Of a stretch of 64,000 nt of DNA, positions 54,776 through 64,000 are shown one piece after another. The stretch lies in the NCBI RefSeq assembly GCF_009914755.1, contig NC_060938.1, one strand, 5' to 3'. The notes beneath the pieces are model-generated. The model saw only the letters and a list, made by a program, of their open reading frames with translations. It had not been told where the DNA came from and did not search any database. How positions within the stretch are numbered: the stretch's first letter is position 1; each line of letters begins with the position of its first letter. This DNA is from the human T2T-CHM13v2.0 reference genome, Homo sapiens. A program made the position numbers and the translations under genes.

Positions 54776-56199
54776 ATCCAATTCATTGGTATTTTTCCAC
54801 TTACACTTAACCAAGCAACGATTTCTCCTGGTCCCATAATGGAAAAGAGGGTTTATCTAGATTCATATATACAAGACTGAAGAGTGAAGAGAGACCCAGA
54901 GAATGTTCTAAAATCTGCCAGTTAGCATAATCACACAGAGAAATCTCTGCTTCCAGAGGAGGAGCCAAGTTCAAGTCAGAGGTGAGGAATGCCAACAGGA
55001 AAGCTCACTTTCTCCGGGGATATTCAGGCCAACACTAGGAAACCACAGCCAAGTCAGGCAGGGCTTGGGGCGGAACTGCTGACACCTCCACCCTAGCCAA
55101 TCCAAGGTGCACGCCTGCCTCATGCAGCCCAGCGTGACTCCCGCCATTGGCACACTGTGCCCATCACAGGCTGGAGCTCCTTTCCTCCACCGTCTTCCCA
55201 ACTCCTGCCAACCAGAACTTAACTACTCCTTTGGATTCTGCTTTTCACTTGTTCTTCATCAGACTATGGAAGCTTAGACTTCATAATTTGGCTGAGACTT
55301 CAAAAATAGTTTTAAAGAAAGCTATTCCCACCCTGCTAAAGTAATTACATGATTCTGCCCCCTTAAACACCCAAAGCCCTAATCTGTGTTCTCAAAACTC
55401 TGATCTTAATCGCTTTTTTCCAGTCTTATCTCCAACTACTTTTCTTCATGAATACTTCCTTCATAAACACTGTACTTTAAATTACTCTCCTTCAACTATA
55501 TTTTTACTTCCAAGACGTTGGCCTTTGCTTTATGCCATTTCCCTCACTTAGGTGGTTTTTTCTCCACCAGAATTCCAGTCTTTCTTCAAATGTCAACTCA
55601 AAAACAACCCTCCTCATGGAGACTCCTGTGGCCACCTCAGTGGGAAACATTCGACATCATTGGTATTAGAATCACCGATGTTGGAAACAAGCTCACTTAA
55701 GTAGCTTCCAAGTATGAGATTTCTCTACTTGCCTCTTTAATATTCTGCCATCACTTTTAGAGAGTTATCTCACCTAACTCCAGCCGGAAATACTAATACA
55801 TGCCCTGGGTCTAAAGAAAATATTGCCTTTGGAATTTGTGTAAGAATTTACGATTGAGACCTCTGAATATGCCATGAAAAATATGAGCCTTACTCTCATG
55901 AGCTGAGGGAAGTGAATGTATTTGAATCTATGAATCTCAAAACAACATGTAAAATGTGTAAGGATCTGATGCTACAAGGGTTATTAGTTTGAAATTTGGT
56001 GATTTTGCTGCCAGATGTCCATAAACTACACTACCCACTGACAAATACATTTATTAGAAGTTTTTCTTACAAAAAGACATGAACTATTTTATCAGGGAAT
56101 CTAATATACAAATAGTTCCTAGAAATTGTAAGTCTTGTCATACAGCACACTAGTGGTTACAGCCTATGAAATATATAAACAACTTCTAATATAGTCTTT

Positions 56200-57577
56200 T
56201 CCTTTATAAAATTGTTTAGTTTATTCCATGAATTTAATACAGGTCTATATTTTAAATTGTCTACCCAAGAGTTTCCTACTTGTTAGAATTCTGTTCTTCG
56301 TCACAGCAAGCTGTTTCACATTGATGTAACTGTATGTAGAAGTTTGTTATTCTTTATTGATGTATGTACTATTTTATGATACGACTATACCACATTTATC
56401 CATTCTGTTGACAGTAGTTGTTTCCAGCTTGGGGCTACTGTGGACATTCTTGTGCACGTCTTCTGTTGGACATGTGAACTCATTTCTCGTGAATATATAC
56501 CTAGGAGCATCGCATCTAGGAGTGCAACTGCTGTGTCATAGGGCAGACAAATATTTAGTTTTAATAGATATTTCCAAAGTGGTTGAACTGATTTCACTCC
56601 CTCCTATAATGTATGAGAGTTCTAATTGTTCCACATCCTCACCAACACTTAGTATTATTAGTTTTGAAAAAAATTTTAGCCATTCTGGTGTGTATGGGAA
56701 TTTGTACTTTCCTAATGAATGTTATTGAACACCTTTTCATATGCTTACTAGACATCTGAATTAATCTTTTATAAAATATTTGTTTATAAAAGATCAATTC
56801 AATTAAAAAACGGTTTATTTATTTTCTTTTTCTTATAGTTCTTTATATATTTTGGATACAAGATCTTTGTCAGACATTTGTATCATGAATATCTTCTTCC
56901 AGTCTATTAGTTGCTCTATTAATCAGGGTTGTTTAGAGGGACAGGACTAACAGGATAGATGTATACATGAAAGGGAGTTTATTAAGGAGTAATGACACAT
57001 ACAATCACAAGGTGACATCCCACAATAGGTTGTCAGCAAGCTAAGGAGCAAGGAAGCCAGTCTGAGTCCCAAAACCTTAAAAGTAGGAAAGCTGACAGTG
57101 CAGCCTTCAGTCTGGGGCTGAAGGCCCAAGATTCCCTGGCAAACCACTGGTATAAGTCCTTCAAGAGTCCAAAATCCAATGTTCGAGGGCAGGAAGCATC
57201 CAGCACGGGAGAAAGATGAAAGCCCAAAGACTCAGCCAGTCTAGCCCTTCCACATTCCTCTGACTGCTTTTATACTGGCCTCACTGGCAGCCCTGATTAA
57301 GTGTGCGTGGCCTTTCCCAGCCCACTGACTCAAATGTTAATCTCCTTTGGCAACACCCTCACACACACACCCAGGAACAATACTTTGCATCCTTCAACCC
57401 AATCAAATTGACACTCAATATTAACCATCACAGTTGCTTAATAACTTTCTTGATGTGATTTGATCAGCAGACATTCTTAATTTAATAAAATCTAATTTAT
57501 CAGTTTTTTAAATGATAATCTGGCTTTTACATTTAGATATGTGATCTACTTGCAATTATTTTATGTGTATGGTATGG
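56200..57577 (-). mobile_element. Old L1M (ME-like) fragment split by MLT2A
   Basis: ataccacatttatccattct..atatacctaggag..gttccacatcctcaccaacactt..gaacaccttttcatatg. Confidence 0.8.
56915..57432 (-). mobile_element. MLT2A (ERVL) solo LTR
   Basis: ..aatcagggttgtttagagggacaggacta ... ttgacactcaatattaaccatcaca; perfect TSD gttgc. Confidence 0.92.
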
Positions 57578-57696
57578 AGTTCTAGAATTCAAGAAGTTAA
57601 ATCCCTTCTAAAATTCTGGCACCTTGGCCAGCAAAACTTTGCAATCACACCTTTGATTTAATTAACGTGAGTAAAAGAAAAGTGAGCCTATGCAAA
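57578..57696 (+). repeat. 119-bp direct repeat, copy 1
   Basis: Ungapped match to 59075-59193 with 11 mismatches. Confidence 0.93.
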
Positions 57697-57870
57697 GAGG
57701 AATGTATGCAAAGTGAGCCAATGCCAAGGTGAAACGCCAAGAGGAACATTCTAGTATTCTCTGCAGCTTGGCATATGCTTAAAATACAATTCTTTTCAAG
57801 TGAACTCAGCAAATTGGGGGACATCTTTCACCCATCTTCGATGAGGTCATATTTGGGTCTACTGCCATTG

Positions 57871-58030
57871 CCATGTTTCTCAGACTTGGCTCTATTGACA
57901 TTTTGGCTGGATAATTCCCTATTGTGAGCAGCTGTCCCATGCACCCTTGTAGTGTGTTTAGAAGCATTCCTGACCTCCACCCACTAGATGCCAGGAACAT
58001 TTCACCCTGCAGTTGTGACAACCAAAAAAT
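57871..58030. mobile_element. MER20 fragment
   Basis: tttctcagacttggctctattgacattttggctggataattc..cacccactagatgccag..gttgtgacaaccaaaaa. Confidence 0.85.
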
Positions 58031-59074
58031 TTAAAGAACACTGGGATTCTCTCCATAAAGCCTGGGACAAGACCCAGTTTCACTGCTCTGGACAGGCAAA
58101 CCTGGTCCTCCCTCTTCTCCTTACCCAGGCTGCCTTTCCTTGTTGGTAGAATTGGGGTACTACAGCAGCCTCAGAGGATTGTGGAGGGGATTGACCGTGC
58201 TGGTTTTGTGAACCCACAAATGGCTACCACTTTAACCGTTAACCACTATTCCCATGTAAAGAATAAAGTGATTTTCCTCACGTCACAGGATGAGTGGCAA
58301 AACTGGAATCTGGATCTGCATTTGTCTTACTTGAAAACCTTTTGCTGCCACACCTTGCAAATGGATGTGTATTTGGGAATGACACTAGGATAGTGGAAAG
58401 TTGTATGCACTACCCAACTATCTATCCCAGGGATGTATATGTCAGAGGAAGAAATTCTGCTGTCTTGTCTGAATCTGTTATTTGAGGGAATACCAGGTAA
58501 ATGCTATCACAGTGACCCATAGTCCCTCTGTTGTAGAGAGATCTAGGCTGAGTCAGCAGGATCTGGACATAGGGTACAAAGGAGGAGGATTCCTGACCAA
58601 AAGAAGCAGCAGAAATAGATGTTTCAGTCTGTGGCTACTTGAAGCCTAGCTTTCCCCATCACCCTACAGGGCACAGAGAATAGAGAATCTCTTGCAAGTC
58701 AGTCTCCCAGGAGTCAGCCAGGGAGAGAAACACCTAACAGACCAGCAGACCCAACAAGAGACCATGAAGCAGAAGACGTGTCTCCCACAAGGCCAGATCC
58801 ACAGGACTTTCACTCATGGTCATCCTTGACAAGTAACAGCAGTGTTATGATGTTGCAACCCTGTAATTTCCATTATGATCAATGTATATGTTGGGGGCCA
58901 GAGAAAGGCAGATTGATAACTTCATTTAGAGCAAACTAATTGAATTCCACTAAGAGATGCATGACTCATCTAAGAAATGTGCAAAGGGTGTCAAAGAGCA
59001 CTGAGTCTCCTCCTCTGGTGATTTTTACAAGCCTCATCAATTTTTGTCCCACAGAATACTTTAATTAACATAAA

Positions 59075-59193
59075 AGTTCTAGAATTCTTGGAGTTAAATC
59101 CTTTCTAAAATTCTGGCATCTTGGCCAGCAAAACTTTGCCATGACACCTTTGACTTAATTAACATGAGTAAAGGAAAAGTGAGCCTACGCAAA
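59075..59193 (+). repeat. 119-bp direct repeat, copy 2
   Basis: Ungapped match to 57578-57696. Confidence 0.93.
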
Positions 59194-60924
59194 TGTCGGC
59201 TGATCAGCCGTGACACTCAGAAGAAAAGCAATAAAGACAGCCACCGGCAGTGCCTACGACAGCAGTGTCCTGGAAAGAGAGACACTTACGTGGTCCAGAT
59301 TCCCTTGTTGAAAAATCCTTTCAGCCATCTTAGCCTCACACCGCTACACACTTAAGCATTCCTTGTTCTGATTCCATATGTATTGACTGAATAGAAGCTG
59401 GAGGAGTTAGGTCATGCCACTCCCTCCAATACATACATTTCAGACCCTTGATTTACATAAAAGCTGAGAAATCACTGGGGCAAAGACTCAAACTGTGGGG
59501 TTCAGTTAGAAACAACACAGCTGGTGGACTTAGCAGATGGTGGGACTTGGTGCAGTGGCAAGAAGAGGGTGTAGGATGCCCAGGGACAGTGGAATGTGCT
59601 TGTGCTTTCCTTCCCTCCCTGTTCTCTGCTGCTACAGCACTGAAATTTGCATTTAGTGTTTCTGGTGCCCACATAGGCTGGTGCCTGGAGACAAATGTCT
59701 TTCTCTGTCCTTTGTCTGTCTTTATCACGCTCCAGTTTGGTGGGGAGCAGGAAGACTAGTGAAAACCAGCTTAAATGAAGCAATAATGGAGGTGTTGAGA
59801 CCTAACTCACCACAGGGAAGAAGACGAGCTATGATGAGCCCAAGCTAATGCTAAGATCAGATGTTGGGAGGAAATAGTGGTTCTTGGCCTTGTGCAGCAA
59901 CTGACACCAGAATCTGCTCTGATCCAGCTCTGCCAGTGTCACATGTGTGCCTTTCGAGAAACAGTTTGCATAAACAACTCCGCTCTGGGACCTTTGCATA
60001 ACTAAGAAGGAATATTTATTTACAGCAGGGATAAAGGAGCTTTGGCCTTGAGCCTTGTAGAACTGTCAGGGTTTGAATGAAGTTTATCTACCTGTGATAG
60101 CTATTAATAAACAGGATTCATGTGGGGACAAGTATAAGCAGCATCCCGGGGTCTCTAAATCTACTGGGAGAAAAGGCTGAGATTCCAGCAGCAAGCAGAG
60201 GGCTCACAGACGTTAAGATTTGGCTCTTATGGAGACTACATCTTTATTCCCAATCTGACAAAGTCAGAGATACCTGGATATCAGTGCTTACCAATCTTGC
60301 CCCCACAACTATTTTCAGTCTCTAAGGCATGGTGGATGTCCTTTCCCTATTTAAAGCCAATCTTCCACTTGTGCACTAGATCTCAACTCTGTCACTTACC
60401 TGAGGATTTTGCTCCAGCAATTCGCTTCCTTCTCTTATATCTTCAGTTTTTCTTTTCCTACTGGATCATTACCATGAGCATGCAAGCATACTATTATTTC
60501 TTCTATCTTTAAAGCAAATAAACATTCTCCTAACCCTACTTTTCCCCTAGCTCTGGCCCCATTTCTTTGCTCTGTCTCCTACCAAACGCTTCAAAAGTGC
60601 TGTATATTCTAATCAAGCACTTTCCTCTCATTCTCTCTGAAACCCTTCAATCAGTTTCTTGTCTTTAAAATTGTTCTTATAAAGGTTACCAGTTACCTAC
60701 ACACTCCTAAGTCTAATGCTTATTTTTTGTTTTTATCTAACTTGTTTGACCAGCAGCCTTTGGCATGACTCATCATGTCTCCATTCCCGATTCACTGTTA
60801 CTCACCGGCTTCCTGGATGGACTTTCTTTGTTTCTTCTCCTATCCCAGTGATTCCACTTTTAGCTTCCTTCATTATTCTTTCTTTCCTCCCAGTGTCTTC
60901 ATGTTGGAGTGGACCTTTCCTCTA

Positions 60925-61490
60925 TCTGTCAACAGAATGGATAAATTGTGGAAGAGTAATATCAGAATACTACACATCAGTAAAAAACAACAAACTTCTG
61001 CTACAAACAATCAACATCGATGAATCTTTCAGGCAAAAGGGTGAGCTAAAGTAGTCAGACACAAAAGGCTACATACTGTATGATTCTTTCTACAAAAAAA
61101 TTCAAGAACAGGCAAAATTAATCTTTGATGATAGGAGTTAAAATAGTGGCTACCTTGGATAGTGGTGGTAGGGTTATGGATTGAGAAACAAGGGAATCTT
61201 GAGTGCTGGAAAGACTCTGTTTTATATCCTGATCTGAATAATGGTTACAAGGGTATGAAAATATTCATGAAGCTGTAGTTTTTTGTAAATTGTACCTCAA
61301 TCAAAAAGACATTACATAATGGAAGTGCTTACTGAGTAAATGATATTATATCTGGAATTCAGGGAGGAGGGGAAGTGAAAGGGGAGTCTATAAAATATTG
61401 ATGAGTTGATAATTGTAAAATTGGGTAATGGGCACATGAAGGGTTGTTATACTATTTTGTCTGCTTTTTTAGCTTAAAAAATAAATAAAA
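60925..61490 (+). mobile_element. L1M (MB/ME-like) 3' end
   Basis: caacagaatggataaattgtgg..agtcagacacaaaaggctacatactgtatgatt..aacaggcaaaattaatct. Confidence 0.8.
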
Positions 61491-61660
61491 AATATAAATA
61501 TAAAATTGTCTACATAAAATATGTAATAATTGACATTATTGCACAATAATATAATTATTATGTAATATTATATTATAATGTAACAAAGTATATTATTATA
61601 TAATAATATAATTATGTGATAATATTATTTGTCTACATAATAAAAATTAAACATAAAATT
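61476..61660. repeat. AT-rich low-complexity tract
   Basis: Almost entirely A/T; contains a 22-bp palindrome at 61589-61610. Confidence 0.85.
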
Positions 61661-62357
61661 AATGAAAAAGCAAGTCAAATTATATCATCCCTCTGGTTAC
61701 AACCTTGCCTTGACTTCCATCTCATTTAGAGTAAAAAACCAAAGTCTAAATGACTACAAGTTCCCATGTGCTGTGTCCTTATGGCCTCTGCCATCATTAT
61801 CAGTCCTCACTCACCCATTCCAGTGTTAATGGCGTTTTCCCTCCTTAGGGCCTTTTCTTAGCCTGTTGTCTCTGTCCAGAATGCTCTCCCAACACATATC
61901 TACCCTCCTTCCATCTTTCCTCACATGTTATCTCTCAATGAGACCATACTGATCACCCTATTCAAAACTGCAATCTACCTCCCTGGAATTCTCAATCCCT
62001 TTTACCCTAACATATTTCCCTCCACAGAAGTAATCACTTCCTAACATACTGCATAACTTATTTATTGTTTATTGTCTATCTTCCCCCATCTCTCCTCTAA
62101 AATGCAAGCTCCTTAAAAGCAAGTATCTTTAATTTTTTCATGAAAGTATTCTAAGCACCTAAACAGTACCAAGGTCCCAAAGCACCTGGCACATAATATG
62201 TGCTGAATAAATACTTTTTTAATGAATGAAGAGATGAACAATAAATGCCATAAAAATTACGGATTCTGACTTGACCTCCCATGCATCTTGACTACAAGAG
62301 AATGTGCTGGTCATGCCACCATGATTCCTTCTGGTCCATATAAAAGTTTCTTGTTAA

Positions 62358-62785
<428 letters not shown>

Positions 62786-63244
62786 TGACCTGGCTTTCTC
62801 AGTTTCAGTCAGTTTGGCTGTGATTGAACCCACGACACAGAAAAGCCAAAGAATTTGGATCACAAAATACAGAAACCAGTCAGCATGGCAGATGCCTGAC
62901 CTGAATAGGCTGGGCTGTGTACAGGCAGAGAATGAGGCATAAGAAGCTGTCAGGCAGGGGCCTGTGGCCTTTCAGGAACAAGAGGGCAGGCTCCATCCTG
63001 ACTCCTTACTCCCTCTTACAGTGTCTGTTCTCACACAACTCAGGAGGACTCTCTCTCTGGCCCTTCATGCCTATTGAATCCTAGCGACTGTCTGTCTGTT
63101 GACAAGGCACAGACTGTCTGTTGACTCTCTGTCTGTTGACAAGGCACCCAAGCCCTGACATGCATGATCCTTAGGCATCCAAATGGAGGCTAATGAGTGC
63201 ATCCCAAAATGCTGGTCCAACATGATCAATACAGACTCCTTGGC

Positions 63245-63370
63245 TGGATTCTCAGAAATATGGATTCCAATGCAAAAGGTAGGAAGTAGGGGCTTGAAAT
63301 ACGTGGTTTTTTTTTTTTTAACAGTGCTCTAGAATATTCTAATTTGCAAATCAGTTTGGGAAATCAGTAT
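63245..63370. mobile_element. MER5-type fragment
   Basis: gtaggggcttgaaat..tttttaacagtgctctag..attctaatttgca..agtttgggaaatcagt. Confidence 0.55.
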
Positions 63371-64000
63371 AGGCTACTATTTCCAGATACAGACCCTCAA
63401 CTCATTTCTACAGAGTAAATGTAGCTCTTTTTCTAATTTAGGACAGAATTTGCATTGCAAATACGATAGGCATGTCTTATTATGCATACCTATACCATTT
63501 CCCTCCCCCGTATGAATGGTATACCAAAGGGGCAAAAAGTAACCTCAGTAACTCTTAGGATTTCCCTAAGAAGTAAGTCTCCTTTTGTGGCAGTATGACC
63601 TTGGTCTGTATATGCAAATTCATAGAAATAAAAAAGAGCAAAGCCCTGCTCCCGTTCCCTAAAGGTCACCAAGTCCTACACCAGTGTCACACTGACAGAG
63701 GGGTGGGTGGGATGGGGGTTTGTAAATTTTATGACTCATAATAACAGTCCAAGTAATGCAGCTGAGATAAAGAGCTAATCAAATTTCATGCTCCAAGGCA
63801 TGAGCTGATTACTGCTGGGCCAAGAGGGGATTTATTCCCTGTGGTTCTGACAGGCATAGGGGGCCAGGAGCACTCTCTGAAGCTTCACACCCTACTGACC
63901 ACTTCTAAAAAGGAGGATCCATGAGTCCAGAGGCCTGACACTTACTGGGCCTGTGTTTTCTCAGATCAAAGGCAGAAGGATGGCATGAAGAGAAACCTCA

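Larger units (their letters stand above)
60250..62230 (+). mobile_element. L2 LINE (pieces ~60250-60920 and ~61670-62230) split by an L1M fragment
   Basis: tccacttgtgcactagatc, cttttcctactggatcatt; 3' end gcacctggcacataatatgtgctgaataaat..aatgaatgaa. Confidence 0.75.

Noticed and set aside
57578-59193. Direct repeats as LTRs of a novel retroelement or a CRISPR-like array
   Set aside because: No TG..CA termini, TSD, PBS or PPT seen; only two copies; eukaryotic DNA.
63491-63571. Two short inverted repeats (tataccatt/aatggtata; tcttagg/cctaaga)
   Set aside because: 7-9-bp stems are expected by chance in 64 kb; no ncRNA signature.

Overview
Primate (very probably human) non-coding genomic DNA, intergenic or deep intronic. 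I find no supportable protein-coding gene, rRNA, tRNA or CRISPR feature. The ORF track is explained by transposon-derived ORFs (L1 ORF2 C-termini, antisense Alu, GC-rich LTRs) and chance ORFs. A large part of the window is recognisable interspersed repeats: AluJ/S/Y-type, L1PA/PB/MA/MB/MC/ME, L2, MIR, MLT1/MLT2, LTR33, MER52, LTR1-family, LTR8, MER4, MER61, MER5/20/58, a Tigger and an ERVL internal remnant. Subfamily names are from my recollection of consensus sequences and need RepeatMasker/Dfam confirmation. Boundaries supported by target-site duplications (TSDs) are precise; the others are approximate. Best leads: (1) a MER61-type LTR with a 19/20 p53 response element, a weakened poly(A) signal and a perfect splice donor just downstream (candidate p53-inducible LTR-driven transcript); (2) a 6.2-kb cluster of six co-oriented ERV1 solo LTRs including an LTR8>MER4>Alu nest; (3) a 119-bp, ~91%-identical duplication 1.5 kb apart in DNA I do not recognise as a repeat; (4) a candidate exon followed by four TGCATG motifs; (5) a perfect 44-bp AT-rich palindrome; (6) fossil Tigger transposase and ERVL dUTPase reading frames. 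I could not identify the locus or host gene, and I see no evidence for a wholly new biological system.
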